A stretch of 64,000 bases of DNA from Dictyostelium discoideum. Its lineage: Eukaryota. The translations under genes were made by a program, and so were the position numbers. Numbering within the stretch: position 1 is the first letter of the stretch; each line of letters begins with the position of its first letter. The stretch covers positions 4,800,001 to 4,864,000 of the forward strand of contig CM000150.2 in NCBI GenBank assembly GCA_000004695.1, in the 5' to 3' direction. The notes below the pieces were generated by a model that saw only the letters and a list, made by a program, of their open reading frames with translations, was not told where the DNA came from and ran no database searches. Positions 23,455 through 37,025 of the stretch are shown here, one piece after another.

Positions 23455-23934
23455 ATGGATAGTTTTAAAACTTCAGGTTTTGATATATATATTTTTCAAA
23501 AAAATGTTTTAGAAGCATCTCTTATTTTTTATAAATCTGGTTTTTCTTTTGAAAAGAATGGTAAGTTTTATTTTATTTAAATAGTTTAATAATATTTTAG
23601 AAAAATGCTAATTTGTTTTTTTTTTTTTTTAAAAAAAAAAATAAAAGATGAAGGTGAAATTGCACTTTATATTGAAAAATGGGGATGTAAAGAGATACCT
23701 TTTCAAAACAATGTTAAAAGTTTTAAAGTAAATGGTAATGATATAGATGACATTGACGAAAATGATTGTTTCAAAACTATAGAGATTTATTTTTTAAGTG
23801 GATATCATAAAGTTACAATTAAAGGTGAAATTTCTAAAGAGATATGGCCAGAGTTTAAACAATTCTTAAGAGATATATATGGTTGTAAATATATAGATAA
23901 TAGTAAATTTCAATCTCATTGTGAAACTACAATA

Positions 23935-23986
<52 letters not shown>

Positions 23987-26412
23987 GTAGTAGTAGTAGT
24001 AATAAACCTTCATTTTCACTTGGAGGTGGTAGCACCAACTCTAAAATATCAAAATTCTCTGTTTTATCAAATAGTAATTTAAAATCTATTGCTGGGAAAT
24101 CAAATACAACAAATGAATTATTTCAAAAAAGACATAACCTTGTATTTGGCAATTTAGGAAATAAAATAACCGAACAAAATAACAACAACAGCAATAATAA
24201 TATTAATATTAATAATAAAATAAAATCGAATACTTCAAATGAAACACAATCAAATTCAAACAACACCATCGATGTAAAAAAGAATTACGAATTTTTTCGG
24301 AAACAATATGATATTATAAAAACCAAAGAAAACACGGACAACTATGATTTTGGTATTTTTAATGATATTGGTGATAACGATGAAATTGAAGAAGTTGTAA
24401 ATAAAACAAATTTAACTAAAAAAAGGGAAAGAAACGATGAAATAGCTGATAATAACAAATTTCAAAGAAAAGAAACATATGAATCATCATCAAGTTCCAA
24501 ATCTATAAACAGTAATTACTATAATAGTAATAGTAGTAGTAGTAATAGTAGTATTTTTAGTAGTAGTAATGGTATCAGTGGTAGTGGTAGTAAGAGTAGC
24601 TTAGCGATATCAGGAAAACACAAAGGTTTAAATAACCTTGGAAATACGTGAGTGTTAAAAAAAAAAAAAAAAAATTAATAGAAAATTACTAATTGTATTT
24701 TTTTTTTTTTTTTTAATTTTAGTTGTTATATGAATGCAATTTTACAATCACTTTTTGGTATTAAAAAATTATATAGAGATATTAAAGAGTAAGTGAATAT
24801 ATATTTTTTTTTTTTTGTTTCAATAAATAGTTTATTAATATTAATATTTATTAAAGCGTAAAGAATCAATATTTTAAAGATGATATTAAACTATATAACC
24901 AATTATTAAAAGTTTGGGATTCAGTGAATGATGACGAAGATGATTTATATTCATCTTTATTATTATTTAAATCAAGATATAGTAGAGATATTGGGGTTGA
25001 CACAGAGGATTTAAAAGATTGTATTGATAGTTTAATACCATATTTTAAAGGTTACTCACAACATGATGCTCATGAATTTTTAGTTTCATTTTTAGATTTA
25101 TTAGAAGAACAATTTAAATCATTTTTAATAAAGAAATTTGGTGGTGGTGATGATAATAATAATAATAATAATAATAATAATTATTCAAATAATAATATTT
25201 CATTAACTCTACAATCTTCAAATGATTCTTCAACTAGCAATAACACAGTGAATGGGGATAAGGATAGCGATAAAGATAGCGAAGAAGATGAGGCAGAGAA
25301 ATCATTAGAAATTGAAAAAATTAAAAAAAAAGAAATTAAAGAATTGAATGAAACTGTAAATTCTATCATTAAAGATATTTGTCCAATAACTGCTAATTTC
25401 AAATCATCAATAACAAATATGTTACAATGCTGTAAATGCAATGATATTCAATATTCTGTTGAAGTTTTTAATGATCTATCTTTAAATGTTCCAAAAAATT
25501 CCTTTAGGTATGCAAAATATATTTTCTTTTTTTTTTTTTTTTTTAAAAAAGTATATTCTAGATATTAATACTTATTTATTTATATAAAGTGAAGAGAAGA
25601 ATTTAAATCTTAGTGATTTAGTTGAACAATATTTAAAAGAAGAGATCATTGAAAGAAAGTGTTCAAAATGTAAACATGAAAAATCAAAAATAGTAAAAGT
25701 ATTTTCAAATGTGCCAAATATTTTAGTTTTACACTTGAAAAGATTTAAATTTGATACTTCAAGAAATAAATTTCTAAAGAATAACTATATTACTGAGCCA
25801 CTAGAATCTATAGTTTTAGATCAATATTCAATCGATATCCCTGAAAATAATGATGGGAATGTAAATAATGATAATAATAATAATAATAACGAAAAAGAAA
25901 AAGAAAAAGAAAAAGAAAAAGAAAAAGAAAAAGAAAAAGAAAAAGAAAAAGAAAAAGAAAAAGAAAAAGAAAAAGAAAAAGAAAAAGAAAAAGAAAAAGA
26001 AAAAGAAAATGAAAAAGAAAAAGAAAAAGAAAATGAAAATGAAAAAGAAAAAGAAAGTTTAAATGATAAAAAAGAATTTGATATAGTAAATGTAAAAAAA
26101 GAAATAATTAATGAAAATGTAAATATTAAAAATGAAATACAAAATGAAAAATTGGAAGAAATGGTCAATACTGATAATGGTGCTCTAAAAGAAATCATTT
26201 TAAAATCAAAAAAACAAACTGTAAATTATTCACTTCAAAGTATAGTAAAACATGATGGTACGCTTGATATTGGACATTATACATGTTGTATGAATGTAAA
26301 TAACTCTTGGAAACAATTTGATGACTCTGAAGTTTCTTCAACCGATAGAAATCAAGTTTTTTCAACTAAAAATGGTTATATATTTTTTTATTTAAAACGA
26401 TCAAAAAAGTAA
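23455..26412 (+). CDS. Ubiquitin carboxyl-terminal hydrolase (USP family deubiquitinase). Exons 23455..23560, 23648..24647, 24723..24788, 24857..25507, 25590..26412.
   Basis: The Cys box GLNNLGNT|CYMNAILQSLFG is split by a GTGAGT intron. The QHDAHEFL box and the His box DIGHYTCCMNVNNSWKQFDDSEV are present. All introns have GT...AG with consistent phases. Exon 1 (MDSFKTSGFDIYIFQ...) is inferred from coding-like composition plus a GTAAGT donor and is the least certain exon. A (GAAAAA)n microsatellite encodes an (EK)n insert. Confidence 0.8.
25888..26052. repeat. (GAAAAA)n hexanucleotide repeat of about 27 units, encoding (EK)n inside the USP gene.
   Basis: A perfect hexamer run with a few GAAAAT variants. 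Confidence 0.9.
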
Positions 26413-26601
26413 TAACAATAAATAATTTTTTTTTTTTCCAAGTAATAAATATCAATCAAAAAAAAAAAAAAAATAATTTACAAAAAATAAGGAAAAAGAT
26501 GGAATTCTTTTTTTTTTTTTTTTTTTTTTAATAAAAATTTTAATTAAAATTTTATTTAGTGTATATTTATAATTATTATAATTATTGTAAATATATTTAA
26601 A

Positions 26602-26648
<47 letters not shown>

Positions 26649-26714
26649 GAGAGAAATTAAATATTTGGTTGTTCATTTTTAAAAAATGAATTATATAATT
26701 ATTTAAAATATTAT

Positions 26715-29700
26715 TTATAAATCATCGCCACATTTTCCAAATGTTTTGCATTGGGTCATTGGAACATGAATACATTTACCACCTTGTTTGATACTGCAGT
26801 AATCACAAGTAAGGACATTGTTATCATTACAATCCACTGGAGTATGGACGACACCGGTTGAATTGCAACAAGAGTCGACTGTACATGGGTTATTGTCATC
26901 AATAATAATTGGTGTATGAGTACAACCAGTTGAACAACATGAATCAAGAGTACAGAAGTTACCATCGTCGCAATTCATTGGGGTATGGACACAACCAGTT
27001 GAATTTGAACATGAGTCAATTGTACATGGATTATTATCATCACATTTCATTGGTGTATGAGTACAACCAGTTGAATTTGAACATGAATCTACAGTACATG
27101 CATTATTATCATTACATCCAATTGGAGTATGAGTTACACCACCTGATTGAGTACATTTATCTTCGGTACATGGATTATTATCATCAACATTGATTGGAGT
27201 GTGACAACAACCAGTTGAATTTGAACAGGAATCTACGGTACATGGATTATTATCATCACATGAAATTGGGGTGTGACAACAGCCAGTTGAGTTTGAACAT
27301 GAGTCAGCAGTACATTTATCTGTATAAATTATTAATTTATTAGTTAGTAAATTTTGATTTGTTAAATTTTTTTTTTTTTTCTTTTAAATAAAAAAACTTA
27401 CTATTATCATCGCAATTAATTGGAGTGTGGACACAACCGGTTGAATTTGAACATGAATCAGCAGTACATGAATTTAAATCATCACAACGAATTGGAGTAT
27501 GAGTAACACCACCATTTTGAGTACATTTATCTTCAGTACAGGCATTATTATCATCAACATTCATTGGGGTATGGACACAACCAGTTGAGTTTGAACATGA
27601 ATCTACGGTACATGGGTTATTATCATCACATTTCAATGGGGTATGACAACAACCAGTTGAATTTGAGCATGAATCTACAGTACAAGCATTTTTATCGTCA
27701 CAAGCAATTGGAGTATGAGTTACACCACCATTTTGAGTACATTTATCTTCAGTACATGCATTATTATCATCGACATTGATTGGGGTATGGACACAGCCAG
27801 TTGAGTTTGAACAGGAATCTACGGTACATGCATTATTATCATCACATGAAAGTGGGGTGTGACAACAACCAGTTGAATTTGAACATGAGTCTACGGTACA
27901 AGCATTTTTATCGTCACAAGCAATTGGAGTATGAGTTACACCACCTGATTGAGTACATTTATCTTCAGTGCAAGCATTATGATCATCAACATTGATTGGG
28001 GTATGGCAACATCCGGTTGAGTTTGAACATGAGTCAACAGTACATGGGTTATTATCATCACATGTAAGTGGGGTATGGACACAACCAGTTGAGTTTGAAC
28101 ATGAGTCTACGGTACATGCATTTTTATCATCACAGGCAATTGGGGTATGAGTGCAACCAGTTGAATTGGAACATGAATCCATTGTACATGCGTTGAAATC
28201 ATTACATGAGAGTGCAACATGTTGACATCCTTTTTCCCATGAGCAAAAATCTGAAGTACATGGGTTTCTATCATCACAAGACATTGGGGTATGGACACAA
28301 CCGGTTGAATTTGAACATGAATCAATGGTACATGGATTTTTATCATCACATGAAATTGGAGTATGAGTTACACCACCTGATTGGGTACATTTATCTTCAG
28401 TACAAGCGTTATTATCATCGACATTGATTGGAGTATGGACACAACCAGTTGAGTTTGAACAAGAATCTACTGTACATGCATTATTATCATCACATTTCAA
28501 TGGGGTGTGACAACAACCAGTTGAATTTGAACATGAGTCTACGGTACAAGCATTTTTATCGTCACAAGCAATTGGAGTATGAGTTACACCACCATTTTGA
28601 GTACATTTATCTTCAGTACATGCGTTATTATCATCGACATTGATTGGGGTATGGACACAGCCGGTTGAATTTGAACATGAGTCAACAGTACATGGGTTAT
28701 TATCGTCACAAGACATTGGGGTATGGCAACAGCCGGTTGAGTTTGAACATGAATCTACGGTACATTTATCTATAAAGTATTGAAAAAAATGTTAAATTAA
28801 AGTTAAAATTTTAGGATTTTAAAAATTTCCAAAAAACTTACTGTTATCATCGCAATTAATTGGAGTATGGGTTACGCCACCTGATTGAGTACATTTATCT
28901 TCAGTACATGCATTGTTATCATCGACATTGATTGGAGTATGGCAACAGCCAGTTGAGTTTGAACATGAGTCTACTGTGCATGGATTTTTATCATCACAGG
29001 CAAGTGGGGTGTGGACACAACCAGTTGAATTTGAACATGAGTCTACGGTACAGGCATTTTTATCATCACAAGCAATTGGAGTATGAGTTACACCACCTGA
29101 TTGAGTACATTTATCTTCAGTACATGCGTTGTTATCATCGACATTGATTGGAGTATGGCAACAGCCAGTTGAATTTGAACAGGAATCTACGGTACATGCA
29201 TTATTATCATCACATGTAATTGGGGTGTGGCAACAACCGGTTGAATTTGAACAAGAATCTGCGGTACAAGCATTTTTATCATCACAAGCAATTGGAGTAT
29301 GAGTTACACCACCTGATTGGGTACATTTATCTTCAGTACATGCATTATGATCATCGACATTGATTGGGGTATGGACACAGCCAGTTGAATTTGAACAAGA
29401 ATCTACGGTACATGCATTATTATCATCACATGAAAGTGGGGTGTGACAACAACCAGTTGAATTTGAACATGAGTCTACGGTACAGGCATTTTTATCGTCA
29501 CAAGCAATTGGAGTATGGGTTACACCACCTGATTGAGTACATTTATCTTCAGTACATGCGTTATGATCATCAACATTGATTGGGGTATGACAACAACCGG
29601 TTGAGTTTGAGCATGAGTCAACAGTACATGGGTTATTATCGTCACATGAAAGTGGTGTATGACAACAACCTGTAGAATTTGAGCAAGAATCTACGGTACA

Positions 29701-30014
29701 TGCATTATTATCATCACATGCAATTGGAACATGTTGACAACCTTTACCACATAAACAACTATCAGCTGTGCATGAATTACCATCATCACAGTTTACTGGG
29801 GTGTGAGAAATACCAGTTTTTGGATTACAAGTATCTACGGTACATTCATCATTATCATTGATATTAATTGGTGTATTTGAGCAACAACCGTTATTACATT
29901 TATCCAAAGTGCATTTATTACCATCATTACAATTTTCATCACATGTACATGATACTTCAGCTTTTTCAACGTTGGCTAAAAAAAAAATAATAATTAGAAT
30001 AAGTAAATTTTTTC

Positions 30015-30045
<31 letters not shown>

Positions 30046-30122
30046 AAACAAAACATTTAATCCATACCTAAAATTATACCAACAAAAGTGAATAAAATTA
30101 ATATTAAATATATTTTATTCAT
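26715..30122 (-). CDS. Secreted cysteine-rich protein, about 1050 aa, built from Dictyostelium-type CTDC repeats of 24 aa (CDDNNACTVDSCSNSTGCxHTP). Exons 30068..30122, 28842..29975, 27402..28769, 26715..27319.
   Basis: Signal peptide exon MNKIYLILILFTFVGIIL(A) followed by a GTATGG donor. Three large exons are made of about 40 near-identical 24-residue Cys-rich repeats, whose consensus matches the Pfam Dicty_CTDC repeat as I recall it. Introns 2 and 3 fall at the same repeat position (CDDN|N-K, phase 1) and have near-identical flanks (ACAGTAAGTTTTTT and TTTATAG|ATAAATGTAC). The plus strand is closed by stop codons every 216 nt. Confidence 0.8.
27400..29700. repeat. Tandem 216-bp super-repeat (three 24-codon CTDC units per copy) with very high copy-to-copy identity inside the CTDC gene.
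   Basis: Near-identical 71-codon antisense ORFs recur at 27564, 27780, 28206, 28428, 28932 and 29364. They differ by only a few residues, which shows DNA-level periodicity of 216 nt. Confidence 0.85.
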
Positions 30123-30869
30123 GATTGCAATTTTAATAAATAAATATTTGATTGGTTTTTTTTTTTTTTTTAGTTTTTTTTTTTTTTTTTTCTTTGTTTT
30201 TTATTTGTTTTATTTTATAAAAAATGAAGTGATAAAAAAAAAAAATTATTACTTCTATTTATACAAAAAAAAAATATATTTTAAAAAAATATTTTAAAAA
30301 TTAAAATAAAATAAAATATTATAATTGATCAATATTAATTATTTACCATATAAATGTGGTAATGATAACAGATGAAATTATAAAAAAAATAAAAAACAAA
30401 TTAAAAAAAAAAAACTACTACTATTGGAAGCTATTGCAACAGCTAATAGAAACAACAAAAACAGTTATCTACTTGACATCATCATATACATACTATGCCC
30501 AATTAAAAATATTTAATAAATAATTTGACAGCATTTTGTTTTTTTTAATTGAAATCAAATTGAAAATATCCAAAAATAAATTTTACTATGTAAAAAATAA
30601 CAATAAAACAATGTGATAAGTAAAATGAGATTTCCCAATGATTATGTATATAGTATTTTTATGGTGTATATGTATAAATATATATGTTGTTCAAAACAAA
30701 TCATATGATAATATTATTTTAAATTACAAATTATTAACCCCCCAACCCCCTATTAACACAGTAAAAAAAAACAAATAAAAAAAAAAATCTATTCTTTTTG
30801 TTATAAAATTTTAATTTATTTTATTTTTTATATTAGTGTTGATTATTTTCCTAATTGTAAAAATGGATT

Positions 30870-30902
<33 letters not shown>

Positions 30903-31513
30903 ATATTATTTATATAATAATTAGTATTTATTATAATAATTTACAAATCATACTATAATGATACGGGGTTAAAATTTTTTATTTCATCTCCTATTTCTAA
31001 CATTAAAAGGTTAAACCACAATTTAAAACCCACACTAACCCACTTGCTACTAAATTTTTAATTTTTTTAAAAAAAAAAAGTACCCAATGTGTAATTATGA
31101 TGATATTTTTTGTTTGCCAATTTATAAAAACTTATTTAAACAATTATCCATATATTTTTTTTTTTTTTTTTTTTTTTATGGTTAAATTATTTTATCGACA
31201 CAGACAATTTTGACATGAACTAAATTTCATTAAAATTGCAAATTTCTAAAATATTTCTGTGTGATTTAAATCCTATCTTTTATTATTTTATTATAATTTT
31301 TTTTTTTTTTTTTCTTACACATTTGTAAAAAAAACAAAATGTAATATACACCACATGATTGTTAAATTAAAAAACTTGTTATTATATTAATTTTTTTTTT
31401 TATATATTTATTTATTTATTTTATTATTTTTTTTTTTTTGTAATTTTCAAACTTAATTGGTTTTGTACAAATAAAAAATTGGTTGGTTTTGAAATAATTT
31501 TAAAATGGATTGT

Positions 31514-31544
<31 letters not shown>

Positions 31545-31596
31545 GTAGGAATATAAAGAACAAAAGAGTAATTTAAAATTTTAAATAGATTTTTAC

Positions 31597-31634
<38 letters not shown>

Positions 31635-31687
31635 TAAAAAAAAAAAGAAAAAATAATTTTCACTATTTTATAATATTTTAATATATT

Positions 31688-34473
31688 TTAATCACTATCA
31701 GAACTAGACTCTTCATTATCATAAAGATCATCATCATCACTGTCAGAATCTAAAAATGATAAAGATTTAGGTGGTGGTACTCTTGAACGAGTTGGACGAT
31801 TGGTTGGAGCCTTAATAACTTCATCATCACTGCTTTTATCATCGATTACTTTTGATTTTGAAGTTGTAGCTTTTTTAGTGGCGATGGTGGTAGGTTTCTT
31901 TGGAGGAGCCTTTGATCTCTTTGGTGGAGATTCTGGATCAGATCCTTGATCAGATTCTTGATCAGATTCTTGATCAGATTCATCTGATAACTCTATAACT
32001 TTTGAAGTTTTCTTTGGTGGAGCCTTTGGTTTTGATGATACAACTACATCATCATCGAAATCAGAATCTGAATCTAAACTAACCAAAGTTGATTTCTTAA
32101 CGGCTGGTGTTGGTTTCTTATCTTCTTTAGCGAAAAAAGATTCAATTGGTTTTGTATTTGAAGAGGTTGTAGTAGAGGTTGAAGTTGAAGTTGTATCATC
32201 AGACTTCTTTCTTTTTGAACCAGAAACATTTGAATCGGTGGTTGTTGGAATTTTAACGGTTGGTTTAACCAATTTAGTTAATGGAGCTTCTTTTGTATCT
32301 TTGACAACTTTAGCAGAGATTTTCTTTGCTCTTGGAAGTGCTTTGGTTTTAGTTCTCTTTTTGAGGGATTCAGTTTGATTTTTGAGTGATTCATCATAAG
32401 CATCTTGATCATCCAATGCTTTTTCCAATGCATCCAAATCTCTTTTGTAAATCTCTTGAATTGGAGTACTGAGTAAGATATCCCATTCCTTCTTTTTGGA
32501 ATCTCTTTCTTCGATTAATTTTTTAACTCTTTCCAAAGTAAGACTCCATAATGGTAAAGATAATAAATAGTCATAACCTTTGGTATCATCATCTTGTTCC
32601 TCTTGAGCACCATCTTTCTCTTCATCGGATGAAATTGCAGCATCTTCTTCATCGAAAGCATTCTTCTTTTTCTTTATTTTATCTCTAGCGGATTTATTAG
32701 AGTTTTTGTTTATAATTCTATCAAACTTCATTTCCTTTAATTTGTTAATGAGATCAACTTTTTTAACATTTGAAATTACCAATTCCTTATTTACAACGGC
32801 TAAAATGAAACGAGCTTTATTTGAAAGACGAGAATATTCTTCAGAGAGACGCTCAGAGAGGAAATCTTTTCTCATTTGATAGTGTTTGATTCTTAATGGG
32901 AAGAAATGTTCTTGTAAGGCAGTGGTGGTTGCAAATCTTTGAATACGACCTTCTTCATCGAATACTACCATATTGGTTTCATTAATTGTGGAAACGAGTT
33001 TAAAAACTTTTTCAATGTTAATTTCATCGACTGGTTGAATGGTGTCAATAATGAAATGAATAGTTGATTCAGAGGAGTAGTTGGTATATGATTTAACGGT
33101 TGCTTCAGTGACTTTTTCATTATCATCATCATCATCGACTCTCTTTGATCTCTTTGTAGTGGTTGGTTTTGCTTTAGTACCTTTTCTACTAGCAGCCTTC
33201 TTTTCTTTCTCTTCTTTCTTTTTCTTTCTAGTACCTGGAGTTTCTAATTCATCCAAGAGTTCTCTATAATCTTGAGTCCAAAAACCAATTGGTAACTCTG
33301 TGATTTCAAATCTATTATCGGATAATTTTTTCCAAATACCTTTGGAAAGATATTGACCACCTTGTACTTTGGAACCTTGATTTGCTTCGATGGAACCAAG
33401 GAAACCTCTATACCATGGTTTGATTGGTTTCAATGGTTTACCATCGATTGCTAATCTCATATTTTGAATTAAATCTCTTGGATTATAATTTGGAATTGTA
33501 CTTGACCAACCTGTACCAATACCAACACAACCATTTACTAAAATCATTGGAATAACTGGAATATAGAATTTTGGTTGAACTTTTTTACCATCATCTACTA
33601 CACAAGATAGAATTGGATCATCATCGGCATGATAAACTGCTCTGGCAATATCGTTCAATCTGGTATGAATATATCTTGCACTTGAACAATCTTTACCACC
33701 TGCAATTCTAGTACCATAGGAACCTGCTGGATTTAAAAGATTGATATTATTTGAACCGACAAACTCTTGAGCCATACCAACGATGGTAGAATATAAACTT
33801 GCTTCACCATGATGATATGCAGAATGTTCAGAGACGTAACCAATCAATTGAGCTACTTTGATTTCTTTCTTTAGATTTCTCTTGAAACAAGAATAGAGTG
33901 TTTTTCTATGTGAAGTTTTTAAACCATCTACAATGTTTGGAATGGATCTTTCACAATCGGCAATAGAGAACAATACCAACTCTTTATTGATGAAATCAGA
34001 GTATGTTAATTTCTTTACACCAAATTGTTCTAAAAAAGTGCCTTCAATATGTTCTGCCATCCATTTCTTTCTATCATCAGCTCTAGACTTTGAAAATGCT
34101 AATTCAATATTATCATTGGCACCTTCATCCCATTCGAAATCGATTTTATGTCTCTCTAAATCAGAGAAATACTCTTTACCTTCACCTGGTGTACTTGTAC
34201 CCAAACCCTTGTAATATTTGACATCCCAACCTTTATCATTGGTTTCTCTCCATTTCAAAAATTCTGGCATTGTATAAAATGAAATTGGTTTTTGATTATT
34301 CTTAAAAACTTTAACAATTGGTGTAATAAATTCAACTAAAAATCCTGGCATTCTTAATAATGTTGGCCAAAAATGATGAACCATATTAATAATTAAACCT
34401 TTAATATGTGAACCATCATGATCCTATTATTTTTTTTAAAAAATAAAAAATAAATAATAATAAAATGTTAAAT

Positions 34474-34516
<43 letters not shown>

Positions 34517-36350
34517 TACTTACTTGATCAGTCATAATCATTAAATGACCATATCTTAAATCTGAAAGAGTTTCATAAACTTTACCATATTTTAAACCAA
34601 GAATTGTAACAATATTATTGATTTCATCATTATTGATAACTTTTGTACTTTGATCTCTAACATTTAATAATTTACCTTTGAGTGGGAAAGCACCATAATG
34701 ATCTTTACCAACTACAGAAATACCAGCAGTAGCTAAAGATTTAGCACTGTCACCTTCTGTTAAAATGAGTGTACAATCTTCAGATTTTGTTCCACCAGCT
34801 AAATTGGCATCATCTAATTTTGGAATTGAAACTTTACCTTTTTTACCACCACTTGATGTCGATCTTTTGAGAGCACTTTGATCTTTAAATTGTGCAAACT
34901 CGAGAATTGAAGCGACAATACCTGATTTTGAATCTAATACTCTTTTAATGAATTTTTCAGATGGTTCACAACGAGAACCAAATGAAGAGATCTTTGATGT
35001 GAGAGTTTCTTTGGTTTGACTATCGAAATGTGGGTTTTCAATTAAACAATTGACAAAGACTGATAAATGATTTTTAATGAAAGCTGGTTTAATATCTGCG
35101 GAACCTTTATTCTTTTTATTTACTTGTTCTTGAATGGCGGTAACGATATTACTAAGAGCATGAGTTACATGTGTACCACCTTTGACTGTACAAATTGAAT
35201 TTACAAAACTAACTTGATTGAATTGACTCTCCTTTGAGAGAGTGACAGCAAGTTCCCATCTATCACTAACTTTTTCATAGTAAACTTTTGGTGCATTCTC
35301 TTCATCTGGAAAATAGAGATTAATATATTTTTCAAAGGATCTAATACCCAACTCTTCGTCGTTGAGGGAAACTTTAAGTGTTGGATTACAACCGGCAATA
35401 TCATAAACACGTTTGGAGAGTAATGCAACCAAATCATCATCAAATTCAACCATACCAAAACGATCGAGTTCTGGATAAAAGGTAATCTTTGTATAATCGG
35501 TTTTATTTTGATATGAGGTGATCTTTGGATCCTCTTTGGAACGCATGTTATTAGTGAAGGTTTGTTTATACAATTTCTTTGACTTTGAATCGGCACACTC
35601 TACAATGAATTTAGTACTGAAAATATTGGCCAACTTTGCACCGAAACCATTACGACCACCAGTTAATCTCTTTTCAGAGTCATCATAATGGCTACTTGTT
35701 AAGAGATTACCAAAGATTAATTCTGGAATGTAGATTTTATGTTCACTATGAACTTGAATTGGGATACCAGCACCATCGTTTGTAACCGAGATAAATCCCT
35801 TTTCTCTATCAATTACGACCTTGATGAATTTCATATTACCTTCTCTTTGTTTATTATCGGCAGCATTTACTAAAATTTCATCGAAAATCTTATAAATACC
35901 TGGTACGAATGATACCTTTCTATGTACCATTCTTTTGTCTTCCCATACCCAAAGTTCTTCTTCTTGTCTTTCAGTGGAACCAATATAAGTATCTGGACGT
36001 AAGAGAATTTGATCGAGTAATTCTTTCTTTTGATAAATTTCTTCAATTGATTTACCTTTTTTAGCACTAGATGCAATATTTTTAAATACATTTTCATTAT
36101 CTGATGAACTTGATTTATCATCTCCACTAAAATCATCATTATCTGATTCACTTTTCTTTGATGTTGTTGATTTTTTCGTGGTACTTGTGGTTGTAGTTGT
36201 TGCTTTCTTTGCTGCTGGCTTTCTTGTTGCTGATGCTTTTTTCTTACTACCTGCTGCTGCTGGTTTCTTTGGTGCTGATTTACCTTTTTTTACTGGTGAT
36301 TCATATTCTGATCCACTACTTTCATCACTATAATCATTTTCTGAATCAGA

Positions 36351-36353
<3 letters not shown>
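31688..36353 (-). CDS. top2: DNA topoisomerase II, about 1521 aa. Exons 34524..36353 and 31688..34423.
   Basis: GHKL ATPase and transducer region (EILVNAADN, GRNGFGAKL). The TOPRIM motif MIMTDQ|DHDGSHIKGL is split by a 100-nt GTAAGT...AATAG intron. WHD/tower with catalytic Tyr region, then an acidic and K-rich C-terminal tail. The poly-K N-terminal extension shown in the ORF track is read-through of a poly(A) tract; the true start is MSDSENDY. Confidence 0.95.
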
Positions 36354-36421
<68 letters not shown>

Positions 36422-36600
36422 TAACAAACACAAAATTAAATTAATAAAAAAAAAAAAAAAACAAATAAAAAAAAGATAGAAATAATTATAAAAAAAAAAT
36501 TATTTGACAGAATATAAAATAAATAATAAAAAAAAAAAAAAAAATTTTTGTTATTTTTTCATTAAAAAAAAAAAAAATTTGTGAATGAAAAAGAAAAAAA

Positions 36601-36612
36601 AATGGCGCCAAA
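36601..36612. promoter_or_regulatory. E2F-like palindromic site ATGGCGCCAAAA (TTTTGGCGCC on the other strand), about 250 bp upstream of the top2 start codon.
   Basis: The GGCGCC core with the TTTT flank matches TTTSSCGC. It lies in the promoter of an S-phase gene. Confidence 0.35.
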
Positions 36613-36980
36613 AATAAAAAATATTAAGAAAAATGAAAATTCTTTAAAATTAAAAACTTAAAAAACGATTAAAATAAAAAAAAAAACAACATTCGCTCTA
36701 TAATTCAAAAAAATAAAATAAAAATTAAGTTAAAATAAAAAAAACTCATTGCATTATTATTAATAATTAAAAGTTAGGTAAATCTAAAAATTATAAATAA
36801 AAAAAAAACAAATGTTTTTCTTTTGTTTATTTATTTTTTATAAATGTTTAATGTTAATCTTTCTTTTTTTTTTATTTTTTATTTTTTATTTTTTTTTTTT
36901 TTTTGAAATTCCAAATTAAGATGTTACTAAATAATCTAAAAAAAAAAACCAATAAAAATACAATTTGGAATTCTATTAAA

Positions 36981-37018
<38 letters not shown>

Positions 37019-37025
<7 letters not shown>

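Noticed and set aside
23605-23650. An N-terminal extension [14 protein letters not shown]… of the USP ORF, and similar poly-K or poly-F N-terminal extensions of top2 (36354..36431) and scy2 exon 1 (5589..5639).
   Set aside because: These extensions read through intronic or UTR poly(A) and poly(T) runs and use non-ATG starts. The true starts are at MDSF… (spliced exon 1), MSDSENDY and MDTTKSF respectively.
27564-29861. A series of near-identical 60-73-aa plus-strand ORFs (MGYGHNQLSLNMNLRYM…HYYHRH) inside the CTDC gene.
   Set aside because: They are antisense to a long spliced Cys-rich coding sequence. They are punctuated by a stop codon exactly every 216 nt, which is the repeat period, and they have no signal or splice logic. 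They are a by-product of the sense-strand tandem repeat.
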